Shown here: positions 49,085 to 62,427 of the stretch, one piece after another
How positions within the stretch are numbered: the stretch's first letter is position 1
How the letters are laid out: every line of letters begins with the position of its first letter
NCBI RefSeq assembly: GCF_018977255.1
Contig: NW_024704742.1
Coordinates: 80,292,001-80,356,000, forward strand
Origin: Callorhinchus milii
Taxonomy: Eukaryota
DNA: 64,000 nt
Direction of reading: 5' to 3'
The notes under the pieces: model-generated
Told to the model about the DNA's origin: nothing
The model's database searches: none
Seen by the model: only the letters and a program-made list of their open reading frames with translations
Translations under genes and position numbers: made by a program

Positions 49085-49855
49085 AGATCCGAACTCCTCA
49101 ACCTCCCTAGGCTCTCCCTCACACTCACCGAACCAGTGCGCAATCTAGGCATCCAGTTTGACCCCCAGCTGTCCTTCCTCTCCAAACATCTGATATCTGA
49201 CCAGGACCACCTTCTTCCACCTCCACCACATTGCCCGCCTCTGACCATACCTTACCCCAAATGCAGCCAAAACCCCCGTGAATGCATTTGTCATCTCCTG
49301 CCGAGATTACACAAACGCACTCCTCACCGGTCTCTCCAGCTTCACTACTCAAAAACTCCAGCTCATTCAAAACTTTCCCACCCGCTTACTGACCCAGATC
49401 AAACACTGTACCCACATCTCACCAGTTCTGGCCAGACTCCACTGTCTCCCCATCACCGAACGGATCGACTTCAAGTCCTCACACTCGTGTTCAAATCCCT
49501 TCACTCTCTGGCACCTCCCTACCTCTCCAACCTCCTAACTCCCCAATCCACCTCCCAGCGCCTCCGCTCGATTGGCACTGGCCTCTTGCTTGTCCCTTAC
49601 AACCTCCACCCCACCATCGGAGTTTGCGCTTTCAGCCACTATGCCCCAAAACTCTGGAACATTCTCCCTCAATTCCTCCGCCTTGCCCATCTCTCCCCTT
49701 TTAAAAGTCCCGGCTGAAAACCTTCCTCTTCGACCGTTCTTAAGGCCATCTCCCCCCACCCCACCCCGGCTCAGAGTCAGGTTCCACCACTATTAAGTGC
49801 TCTGACAAGCTTTCCTGCATGGAGGGTGTTATATAAGTGCAAGTTATTGTTTTTG
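49085..49855 (+). mobile_element. L2 LINE 3' fragment
   Basis: RNLGIQFDPQLSF; AFSHYAPKLWN; tail. Confidence 0.88.
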
Positions 49856-50164
49856 TTAGCCTGGCTTGAACCCCCAATCTTCTGACTCAGAGTTGATGTA
49901 TTTCATATCAGAAGGATGTCTTAAAGAGCTTCACATTATTTTACTGTAAAATGCATATGAAGTAGCACTCTTTCTTCTGAGTCAGAAGGTTGTGGGTCCA
50001 AGTTCCACGTCGGGATTTAGACTAGGTTGGCATTCCAATGTGGTGCTGGGCATGTGCTGAATTGTCAAAGGTGTCATCCTTTGGTTGTGATGCTAAACCA
50101 AGGCCCCACTTGACTGTTCAGATGACTTTTAAAGATTGCACTTTCTTAAAGATGTTTGTTGTTC

Positions 50165-51065
50165 CATCTGGAACTAGAAATTGCAAGCACAGTGGTTAAG
50201 TTTGCAGATGACACCAAGCGAATGAAGGTGGTAGATTGCAAAGCTGAACCAGATAGGTTACAGGAGGATTTCAACATACTTGGGAATTGGGCAGATTGGT
50301 GGCAGATGACATTCAATATGGAGGAATGTAAAGTACTTCACATGAGGGCAAAAAATCCTGGAAGGGACTATTGTTTGAACGGAATTAAAATAATATGTAT
50401 GGAAAATGAAAAGGGGGGCTGATTGGCAATAAATTGAAGCTCTCCTAACAATGCTCTGTGGCAGTGAATAAAGCAAACCAAATGTTGGAATGTATCACAA
50501 GATCAACAGCAAGCCGAAATAGTGGGGTAATCCTGCCACTGCATAAATCATTGGTGAGACAATACTTAGAGTACTGTGTACAGTTTCGGTTGCCACAGTA
50601 CAAAAAGGATATTGGAGAAATCGAGAAGATACAGTGGAGGGCAACCAAAATGTTTGAGGGAATGGAAGGACTGGACTATGAAGAGTGACTAAATAAATTG
50701 GGTATGCTCATGCTGTCTTTTAAGATATCTAAAGGGGCAAGACAATATAGATCATGACAGGCTGTTTCAACTTGTCCAGAATGATAGAACCAGAGGACAC
50801 GGCCTGCAATCGAAGGGGGGTAAATTCAAAACAAATCAACGCAAATAATGAGCGAATAGTAAACCTGTGGAACAAGTTCCCTCGGGAGATAGATGAAGCA
50901 GGAAGGATTGATTCTTCATCACAGATTAGATAGTTTCTTTTAGGAAATAACATTATGGGACATAGTACAAAGGCAGTTAGGTACATATGTGAATGAGACT
51001 GCCAGGAAGGTGGAAGGTGAACTAGATGGACCCTGGTCTTTTTTCGTCCAGCATTTCTTATGTAG
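50165..51065 (+). mobile_element. CR1 LINE 3' fragment
   Basis: KFADDTK, WADWWQMTFN, LHKSLVRQYLEYCVQF, QWRATKM. Confidence 0.92.
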
Positions 51066-52047
51066 AATGGAATTTCTGCTTATGACCTGATCAATAAACT
51101 CACACATAAAATTGCTCATTCTCTTTATGGCTCTTTGTGGGATGTTGCTGTGTGCAATCTGCCTAAAAAACGTATAGTAAAATACTGTGAAGCTCTTTAA
51201 GCCATCCTCCTGAATAAAATAAATCAAATGCAAGTACATATCATGTTTATTTCTCCTCAGGGACATACTGTGCTAGCCGGCAAGTATACCAGCAAAGCTC
51301 CCATTTGACTCTCCACCTTATGCAAAATGTTTTTTTGGTAAATTCAAGCCTCATTTATTATTTTCCAACTGATTTTATTTTCAGACTTTTCTTTTAGGTT
51401 TACTGGTCCAGATCTGATAAATTGAATACAGAGCTCAGATTAATCCCAACATCATTTGTAGAACGTCTTAGACTTGTACAAGAATGCAGATCTTTAGCAA
51501 ATAAACATGAAGTCTGTTCCATCTTGTTGACCAGGTGATGTCCAGAGCAGGAAATATAACAACACTGCTTAATATTTACAAATCAAAATTGCAGCATGTT
51601 ATATTGCTGATGATTCCAATCACATCAATCAAAACAGCAGCTAGCATTGAGTAACAAGGGAGAAGGAGAAATTACAGGTGCTGCCTTATGCAATTTTGAT
51701 CCTGCACAGAAGAAGATCAGTTATGCGCACATCAAATATCTATGTATCTTCTCATTCGCAGCAGCTATCAAAAATCCAGCAGTGCACATATGGGAAACTG
51801 GGCAAATGCATTTAAGGTTATGGGTGATATGATTCATTTGCGCATTGCGACGGTGACCCTAGCGACCTCACTCGGGTCACTATTTATTAATGTACGGTAT
51901 AGCATTACAGACAGAGAGATAGAACCAAAGATAGAAAGAGGCATTGAAATTATGTTTCACTATGTCCATTTATCCACTGTCTTTGATTATCTACAATGAT
52001 GTCAGTCCCAATTAGGGGAGATAATCCGCTCTCTCCTATTGTGTAAG

Positions 52048-52112
52048 GCAGCGTGGTCCAACTGGCGTCCTGTGGGTTACATTTGGCACAAAGGGTGAAT
52101 TTATCCAGCCCA
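52048..52112 (+). mobile_element. Possible hAT (Charlie-like) terminal fragment
   Basis: cagcgtggtccaactggcgtcctgtgggttacatttggc resembles hAT left ends; no partner end found. Confidence 0.3.
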
Positions 52113-54649
52113 AAATCATTTCCATCATTCCAACTTACACTCCTTCCCACCCTGGTGAACGTCCTCCCATGGCAGTGGCAGGAGCTGGCTGTTGGGACGT
52201 CGCAGCGCAGAGAGTGAGAAAATGCCGGCTGTTGCCTCAGTGTGTTAGGAAGGCAAACATGTCTCCTTGTCCACTGCATCCTTAGCAATCTCCGGTTCCT
52301 GCTACTGCAGACAGTTTGCCCTCGCTCTCCGGAGTTCCATTCCTGGAGTCCCTTCGACTTGCTCCCTCCTTCCCCTCTTTCAAAACACATCAAGACCTAA
52401 CTCTTTGACCACACTTTCGGTCATCTTTTCCCCTCCCCATCCCACCTCTCTCAGCTCCCACCCCCAGTTCAGGTGCCCAGCCGGCAGTGTCAAGCGCATT
52501 ACGATGTGACATGAAAATGGTGCTGTGTATACTTTATTATGTTTCTGGAAGGGAAACAAAAAATAATGCTTATGCAGCCGCAGACCTATCTCAAATAGGG
52601 AATTCAGCACGTGGCACCAAAAGGTTGAACCACCCTGGTGTAAGGCAATTTATTGTATCCATTAAGCACAACTTAGCGACTGTTGTCTGCCCTCATTCAA
52701 TGTGCCTGATACGAGTGGTTAAAGCGGCTTTCCATTGTAACAAACTCACATTCCCATCATGAACTGCAATGTTTTACAAAATGAAAGATCAGGTTATCTA
52801 TCTTTTCAGAATTTTGATGCTGTAGAGCAATGACTGTCAATCTGTCATTTGCAGACTTTTCACATTCTTGATCAGCCAGTTATAGCTTTCAGACACAAGG
52901 GGAAATGTGCAGATCCATGCTGGAGCTGCCAGTCAAGCAAGCGAAGTTCAAGATTATAAATCAATGAAAGAGCTTTGTGAAAGACAGCGAGCATCACTTA
53001 ATGTATGACTAGATTTCATTACATTCTCGAGGAAAGCCACAAGAATATACAGTTTATTTTTGTTGTAGAACACAGAGGGGTTATCTGCATATGTAGAAAA
53101 CCCATATACTGTATACTGGAAGAATCCATTTTGGGTGACAAAAATTCCAATAGAGCAATTCACTTGCCATGTAATTCATGGGTGGGGGGTGGGGGGGATC
53201 AATAGGACATTGAATGCTCAACTCATGAATCCAAAGGGCAAGAGATTTATGTTTATTTATCGCTGGTGGATTATTTTCAGGAAGCCACTGAAAACTGTTT
53301 TGATTAATTTGTGCTGTATTGTATGACAGTGGACACTAGGACCTCAGGCAGGAAGACTTGAAGGGTGGAGCCTGTGCCTCCCCCACATCTCTCTCTTGGT
53401 GCTGGATTGAGAAGGGTGAAGAACCTGATCCGGCCTGAGGTTAGTAAAACAACAATAATATATTGCTTTTATATCACGCTTTTCACATCAGAAGGACGCC
53501 CCAAGGTGCTCATCAGTGAATGGTTTGCACCCGAGCTGGGGATTGTGGCAAAAGAGGTTGGAAGGTGGCCGAAGGCATGGTCAAAGAGGAAGGGCATGAG
53601 ATGGACCTTGAAGAAGATGAGGTGAGGGGTGAGGCAGAGGGATTCTGGGATGGAGATGAAGAGAGTCGGGACAGAAAAGCTGATGGCCTAACTGTCTGCT
53701 AAGTGGTAAAAGATTATAGCTGGAATGATTACAAATGTAAGAGGGGTGGCAGGCACCAAACTGGGAGCCCAGGTAACCACTCTTCACAGCTGCTGTTCCA
53801 GGTTCCCCCTGCCTGGGAGGTTAAACCAGTGGTGTAGTGACAGTCTCCATGTATTTGCAACTGCCTGGCTTTGAATCTGCGCTACAAGTTATTATATTGT
53901 ATGTATTCTGAACAGTTTAAGGGATTGCTTTAATGGGTCCATGATTGTGGAGCATCCATTACAAAGGTCAAAGAAAAAATAGCAAGCGAGAGCAGAAAAT
54001 AAAGCCTGCGGGAATCATTATCATGAGAGGGAACAAGGACAAGCTGGAGATAGAGATGAGAGGGGAGATGTACAGAAGAAAGAAGACAGAGGTTAGGAAA
54101 ATAGAAGAAAAAAGGTGAAATGTATGACATTCCTCCCCTATCAAGACTTGGCATTATTGATTGTGAATGAGGGTTCTAAGGAAATTGTAAGGCTGTCAAG
54201 TTCCCACAGTTTAATGTGACACAAGTCTGATGCCCGGGGAGTAGCTATTTGTAACTTCGAGTTTTTATCTGCAACTTATGCTATGCTTATCTTGTTTTAA
54301 ACCCAGCCTAGACTGAGTTTAAAGTCACAATGATGGTCTTGAATCCACAACCCTCTGACCTAGGGATGAGAATGCTACCAGGGTGGGTGACACCAATTGG
54401 TGTAATAGGATCTCTAAAACTGGCAATGGGGACATTAGTTTAACATCACTGCTGGAGTAAAAAGCCCAACAATATTGATAATTATATTAAATTTCACATT
54501 TTTCACTCCAGTGTTTCATTGCACATTTATCTATATGCTTCTTGAAATCCACATACTTAATCTTGTAATAGCTAACGCTGAGTCAGAAACGTAAAGGTAT
54601 TTATTGGGCCAAATGTAGGTGATCTTGCACATGATTACAAGTTTGGTTC

Positions 54650-55250
54650 AGACAAATAAGGCCTTTAAGCCCATTTGATCTCATCCTTCCCGAATACCCA
54701 TTTTACCATCTTCCCATGACAGCGTAAAGCTTCTTTCTTAAATGTCCAATTTCCTTTCGCAACAACTTTTCGTGATAATCTGTGCTAGTCATTAACTACC
54801 CACTGAGTAAATAAATATTTCCTGTTGTCTATCTTGAAGGTGCTCTTTGCATCTCTAAACCTATGTCCTCTCATTTTGCCACACTGACATATTTGGAAAA
54901 TATTATTTTGGGTTTACCTTTAATTTTTTTAATCTCCCCTCTGAGATGTCTCTTTTCAAGATTGAAGCACCCTAATTTGTCTAATTAATGCTCATAGCTC
55001 ATTCCTCTAAAACTGGGGATCATCTTTATTTTTGTCCTCTGCACTGTATGTAGAACCTGGCCAGCCCCTTTATATTGCAGTGACTAGAATTGAATACAGT
55101 ACTGTAGGTGTGGCCTGACCAGAACACCATATAGCTTGAGTATGACTTCCTGCATCTGAACTTAATTAATTTGGCAATAAAGTCCAGCCTTCTGTTTGCT
55201 TGTTCATTGCTGCCTCAAGTGGTTTTCACATATTGTGCGATGAGCCAAAC
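54650..55250 (-). mobile_element. Decayed CR1 LINE
   Basis: Minus strand encodes LYGVLVRPHLQYCIQF-like CR1 motif. Confidence 0.75.
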
Positions 55251-57269
55251 AACACCGCTAGACATGCATAATATAGACTTAGTTCATTCTGAAATTGAAC
55301 TCGTAATTGTACCTACCATTTGGCAACCAGTCGTAAATCACTTTGAGGCCTCTGTAGTTATTTTTTGTTGTCCACTGGCCATAGTTTAAATCAGGCTGGA
55401 AGGAGGACTGTTAAAGCAAACATGCTGTGATTTCCCTCCTGCTGGATGACGAGATAGATTCAAGCGATCAGTTTCAATTAATATTCAATTCAGTTGAACA
55501 ACATTAACATTTAGATGCTTTGCACTTGAGCAAAACAATAATGAAGTGTTTTAATGCCACGCTGAATGAAGAAAACATTACAAAATAGAAGTTCTATGAA
55601 GTGTCCCAAGATTTAACTACATTAAAATATTTGTGTCATAAGCATTGACTCCTGGGTTTTCTCAGTGAGCAAGATATAACAATACAATAGAAATTTACAT
55701 TTATAAAGTGTCTTTCACATTGGGAGGACATCCCAACACACAGAGTGTCGGTAGTGGTCAAGCATATCAAATGTTGGTGAAAGTGAGAACCTACGAATTG
55801 CACCTTTTTATGTGTTATTTTTAATAGATGCATCTTAAGGTGTTGTATTGAGTCATGTAGATTAGAAATCTCCCCTAGGAGATGGGAAGAAGGGAAATCA
55901 GCTAGAATTCCAGATTATTATCCATTGACCACTGTACGAAAGTGTGCCTGTGTAAAGAAAGGGTTTTCTGAATTGAATAAGATGACACTAATGGGAAATG
56001 AGTGAAGCTGACAGCAGGATAATGAATATCATTTCATTGATCATTACAAACCTCTTTCTCTTCCCGTCATGTTTGCTGATCCTTTTTTTTGCCCGTAATC
56101 TTTGCATTTTTGATATAATTATTGTTTTTGATATAGCGTCTTTCACATCAGGAGAATGTCTCAAAGTGTGTCATGGAATTTACTTTAAAGTGGAGGGACT
56201 GTGCGTCATGTAGGCAAATCCAGCAGCCAATTTACACATGGCAACATCCCACAATTAGCCATTAACTGAATGAACAATTTTATTTTATTACCCTTCAGCT
56301 ACTCTTGCCCTCGTCTTCTCTTTCTCTGTTCCCCTTCTTCTCTGCTCATCCTCCCCCTATCTCTAAGTTTAAATTGGTTCACTCCTTTGACCTTACACTA
56401 AATATTTTAACTATGACCTAAACCAGTAATCTGTACATTTTGATCTTATGTGTTTGTTTCTTGCTTCATAATATAAATAAATATTTGATCTGAAATGAAC
56501 ACACTTACAATATGTTTGGCATTTAAAATGTTTTGCACTGCAATGATATTGATGTAACATTTAAACATCTCTCCCCATTGCTTTCTTTTTTTATCACAAA
56601 ATAGTACTAAAATCTTAAAATGTAGCGTTATATTGATTATTATTTTATTAAAATAAAAAAATTATCTTTATCCAATAAGATGGGATGACTTTCAAGATTT
56701 TTTTTTAAACATTAATGCTGAAGATTTTTGTATTACCTGAGATGAATCTTAAACATCACAAATTTAATGTAAAATGCATTTGTAATTTGTAAACTGATCT
56801 TAGCAAAATTGCCTTCACTGAAAACAGACTGTGTTCAAGTTTTTCCAATTCTAGACTTCATCCCAAAGTATCAATGCTTCTAAGATATTTCCTAAATATT
56901 TCAGGGAATATCTCAACAATGAGTAAATATTGCCTCAAACCCAAACTGCCTTTAAGAATAATCCAATTTTAATTTTCATCCCAAAATGCAGACCAAGCTT
57001 CTGGCCCAAAGACAGAGCATAATTTCATTTATTTTCCTTTTTTATTAAAGCACAAAAATCAACAGGTTGTTTTCGCTTCAAGCTACCATACTTCATATTT
57101 GCTAATTTTACCTGGAGAATTGTTGGCCGGGATTACTAGAAGAAATTCCCTCTCTATGAAATGATGTCATGAAATGCTTCATGTCCACTTGAAAAGTCAG
57201 ACAGGTTCTCATCTCATTTCTCATCTGAAAGACAGCACCTTTGAGAATGCAGTGCTCCCCCAGTAATGC

Positions 57270-57625
57270 AACAACAACGATAAATTACACTTATATAGCG
57301 CCCTTCACATTGGAAAGAAGAACCATGGCACTGGACAGTCAGGGTTTTTTGGACCCGAGCTGGAAGTTGGGATCAGGAGGGGTGGAGGGCGGGGTGAGGG
57401 TGGCCTGAAGGCACGGTCAATCAGGAAGGTCTTTAGACACGGCTTGAAGGAGGCAAGAGAGTGGGTATGGCAGAGGGAATGCGGGATAGAGTTCCAGAAT
57501 GTGGGGGCAGAGATACTGAATGCCCGACCATCAATGGTGGGGCGGGAAATGCGGGGGATGGTATCCACCGAGCGGAGATAGCGGACAGGCTGTTATGGGG
57601 TTAGGAGGTCGGAGGGGTAGGGAGA
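57270..57625 (-). mobile_element. L2 LINE 3' fragment
   Basis: RPTIDGRAFSISAPTFWNSIP; tail. Confidence 0.85.
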
Positions 57626-58284
57626 GCTGATGCACTGCACTGAGAGAAGACAATGAGCTCAAGGTCCCACAAAGGGGATAGAACTTATAACATTCTGACT
57701 GAGCCAAGCTGATAATTCCCAGCAAATAGATCGTGCACATCATGCAAGGATTTTTTAAACTAATGGGACATGAATTTTACATTTTGTATTTGATTTGATC
57801 ACTCCTTTGGTCTTAAATTTTTCATTTGTGGCTGAATTTTCTATTGTTATTGAAGCCCATTCATGCCTACGTCTTGATTTGAGCTGTAAATTACTAACTT
57901 CCAAAACGTTTTGCTTGGCTGATAAAACCACGTTAAAAGATGCTAACTGTTAAATTCAACATCATGTATTGCTAGTGTGTATATCGTCTCTCAATAATAT
58001 ATGCATTATCTCTGATTTTACAAAACATATAGAATTTTGAGTTTCCAGGCAATTGAAGTGACACTGTGCCAGATGTTTCAATATCTATTATGCAAATCAT
58101 CTCATTAATGTGCACAATGATGGCTGAATAGTTGAATACCTTTGGATTCCATCCTGATTCATATTCTCAGCAGGGCTGCCTGAAAGAAGTTCAGCACTAA
58201 TAGTGTTTTCAAGATATTACATTCAAATTATTTGGTACAGGCAACTATAATGCATTTAATTTGCATTTAATTTATTTTAAAGAT

Positions 58285-59380
58285 GTGTTTTGGCCGGCTG
58301 GGTGCCTGTCACATTTGGAAGATCATCATGCTTAAGAGTATCCAAACCAGACCAATATGCATACCGCATAATCATGGAAATTTCCCTGTGTTTTGAATGA
58401 AATAACAACTCTCCCCCTGGAGGAATACACCCTTATTACCGAATTCTGGAGAGTAATTATGTGCAATTTAGAAAGAACCAAGGCTTGGAAACCCCAAAGT
58501 ATGTGTTGGGGTAAGTTCTAGCTTTTACCACCTAAAACTGAATAGCTTTCCATTGAGAGCTATTGTTCAACCGTTAAAAAAGCAACTGTTAAAAAAGCAT
58601 ACTGGATCCTAGGCTTTATAAATAGGGGTATAGAATACAAAAGTCAGGAAGTTATGATGAACCTTTATAAAACACTGGTTAGGCCTCAGGTAGAGTACTG
58701 TGTTCAGTTCTGCGCCTCACACCTTAGAAAGGTTGTCAAGGCATTGGAGAGGATGTAAAGCATATTTACCAGGATGGTACAATGAATGAGGGACTTCAGT
58801 TATTAGGAGAGGCTCGAGAAGCTAGGGTTACTCTCCTTAAAGCAGGGGAAACATAATAGAAATTTAAAAAAATTATGAGGGGATTTGATAGGGTGAACAA
58901 GGAGAAACTATTTCCACTGCCGCGTGAGTCAGTAACCCGAGGACACCGATTTAAAACAGTTGTTAAAAGAAACAGAAGGGAGGTGAGGAGAATTTTTTTC
59001 ACCCAGTGAGTTATTCAGATCTGGAATGCATTGCCTGAAAGTGGAAGCCGATTCAATAACAACTTTTAAGAGAGAAGTAAATAATTAATTAGAAAGGACA
59101 AGTTTGAAGGGCTGTGGGGACAGTGCGGAGGGGTGGGATTGATTTGGATAGCTCTGTTCAAAGAGCCGGCACAGACACATGGGCCAAATAGCCTCCTTCT
59201 GTGCTGTACAACGTATGGTTCTATAAGAGCACTGTCTGCTACATTGTCTCGCTGGGACACTATATCTATTAAGGGCTTTGGCTTGTTGAGCTAACCGGAG
59301 CTGAGTGAGATGAATCCCTGCCCCAGTGAATGGTCCCCCTCCTGACAAGTTCTACCATTAAGTCAAAATGGCTGGTTTGT
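58285..59380 (-). mobile_element. Long-tail CCHC LINE 3' UTR copy split by a CR1 insertion
   Basis: 58285-58565 matches 5080-5370; 59270-59380 matches 5430-5525. Confidence 0.65.
58570..59224 (+). mobile_element. CR1 LINE 3' fragment
   Basis: ILGFINRGIEYKSQEVMMNLYKTLVRPQVEYCVQF; ends in the CR1 tail (tatggttctat). Confidence 0.9.
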
Positions 59381-59384
59381 CAAC

Positions 59385-59904
<520 letters not shown>

Positions 59905-61374
59905 ACATGCCTAACAATGCCTTAGACTAGAGTGTTGTAGAGTATAATAAGCAATGTACACAGTAAAAATGTGCTTTCTTACTTTTTTTTCTTAATGCTG
60001 AGAATTTAAAAACATTTTAAAAAATCCAAATTATTAAAATGTACGTAAACAGAAAATTAAGGATCACAGCAACTAAATTCAGGTTTTATATTGAACACCA
60101 GCTAAGTTGTAGCATGCTAGTGTAGTAGAATTTTATATTAGTCAGCTCAGTGCCTTGGCATTGCAGTTCTGGTCTGTTTATGTCTCGCTAAGAGCCAACC
60201 TTGCTGTAATTCTGTTACGATGGGACAAGAAAAAATCGGCAGCGATCTTTGCAATAAGAGAAATAACATTTTCCCTAAGCATTTATTTTGGGCTCTAAAC
60301 TCTCAGAAATAAATGCTTACATTCAAGGCTGGCTTTTTATGGTGAAAACTGGAAATATTTGTACTGTTGACTGTCTTGTGATTGTTTTTAAAATCTGTCG
60401 TTAAAGATAAACCCAGGCTTTACCTTTTGCAGAACCTCTGTTATGTGTTGAGCTATTAAAAAAGCATTTAACTTCACCCACTGAATTCTGCCATAATGTA
60501 AAAGTGGGCTTCATCCATGGTTCCTACTTCCAAATTGGTCTGAAATCAAACACCAAAATTAATTTAGGCATACTCATAGGCTAGTCAATAGCTTTTTACC
60601 CTTTACTTCTTTTCTCCATTCCCAAAGGAGGTACTTACTTTTGCAGTGGGTGTCAAGTGTCCCAATACCTTAACCAAGTGACCAATCCAGTCGCATCCGG
60701 GACAAAACCATGTTAAATTTTAACATTAAACAAATGTTAAATACATACATTTCCAGCACAAGCAGAGGTCAGTGGCCCCATAGGATCTGTTCATGGATAG
60801 CCATGTTTCTAATTTCAATTGTGATATTAACTCCACTTTCCAGATCTTCATGTTCCTTTGTATTTAGATTACTAAACTGCTAATCCTATTTGGGTTGGGT
60901 GATGATACAGACCCGCCCGGGTCGGCGTGGATGTGGACACGTTTGAGTTCACTGGAGGACACCACCCTCACCAATACTGTCCAATAGCTCATGCAGAGCA
61001 AATGTTCCTCTGACAGAGTTGATGGCAGATTCCTGCAGCAAATTCATTGATATATACAATGTTGAGCACTTTATTCTTGGCAATAATGGTTTCCTTTTAT
61101 ATATAGTATGGGAAATATTGTATTTTATTTATTGTTCCTTTTTTTTGCTCTCGGCCTGGGCTGCCTCCTGCTGGGTGTTCAAGGTTTTGAGCTAATAAAA
61201 TGTTGTGTTTATGGGTTTTGCTAAAGCAGGACATCTGGTGGAAGTTAATTATAATCCCAATAATATCACAGTGGAATCCGTGCAAATGTATTATCTCCAA
61301 TAACTAGAAAAGAGCCACTAACAGAATCATACTATAAAGGTTACAATATGTTTGCGGGAAAGTCACAATCAATA

Positions 61375-62207
61375 TCACATTATCACAAGGATATCAAGGC
61401 CTTGGAGAGGCTGCAAAGGAGGTTTACCAAAATAATACCTGGGATGAGGGACTTCAGTTATGTGGAGACACTAAAGAAGCTGGGATTGTTCTCCATAGAG
61501 CAGAGAAGATTAAGGGGAGATTTATTAGAGGTATTGCAAATTATGAGGGGTTTTGATACGAGTAAATGAGGAGAAACTGTTTCAACTGGCAGGTGGGTCA
61601 GTAACCAGAGGTCACAGAATAAAGATAATTGGCAAACAATCGTGATTATACAGCGGTTCACTAGCAGGGTAGCATCCCAGAGTGCTTGAGAGTGGCGGAG
61701 CATGACACCAAGCCACAGGGAGGTGACCGTAAGCACGATCGAGGAGGAAGCCTTCAAGCATGACATGAAGATGGGGAAAGATGGGGCAAGGTGGAGAGAT
61801 TGAAGGGGAGTGTTCCAGATTTGGAGTGCAATGGCTGAAAGAGTGGACACCGAAGGTGGAACAGAGGCCATGGGACAAGCAGGAGGCCAGAGCCAGTCGA
61901 GCAGAGACAACGGGTGGTGGGTTGTGGAGTAATCAGGTCAGAGGGGAAGAGGGCCAGTGGGGAGATGAGGAGAATTTTTTTTACACAGCGAGATGTTATG
62001 ATCTGGAATGCACTGCCTCAGAGGGTGGTGAAAGCAGATTCAATAACAACTTTCAAAAGGGAATCGGATATTAAAGAAAAAAAACTGCAGGATTATGGGG
62101 AAAGAGCCAGAGAGTAGGACTAATTGGATAGCTCTTTCAAAGAGCCAGCACAAGCTCGATCTGCTAAGTGGGGTTCTTCTGTACTGTAAGATTTTATGAT
62201 CTTATGA
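61375..62207 (+). mobile_element. CR1 LINE 3' fragment interrupted by a minus-strand L2 fragment (~61640-61950)
   Basis: KDIKALERLQRRFTKIIPG...LGLFS.EQRRLRGDL | RRIFFTQR..IWNALP. Confidence 0.88.
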
Positions 62208-62427
62208 ACAATCTGCACTTGCATTGTGTCTTTCACATAAAATAAATGTTTAAAGTTGCTTCCATTTGGGTACAGTTCGAAGAAGAAGAAGAATCCTTGC
62301 ATTTCATACACGTCACATCTTCGAGATGAAGCAAACCACATAAATTGTAAAGTAGTGTGACTGTTGGTGTTTTGTGATTGAAGAGTAGAGATTGTGTTTT
62401 TTTTAGAGAGATTTGAAAGGTGGGAGG

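Noticed and set aside
60900..61045. GC-richer patch as an exon of another gene
   Set aside because: The frames I translated were short and unrecognisable, with no good splice context.
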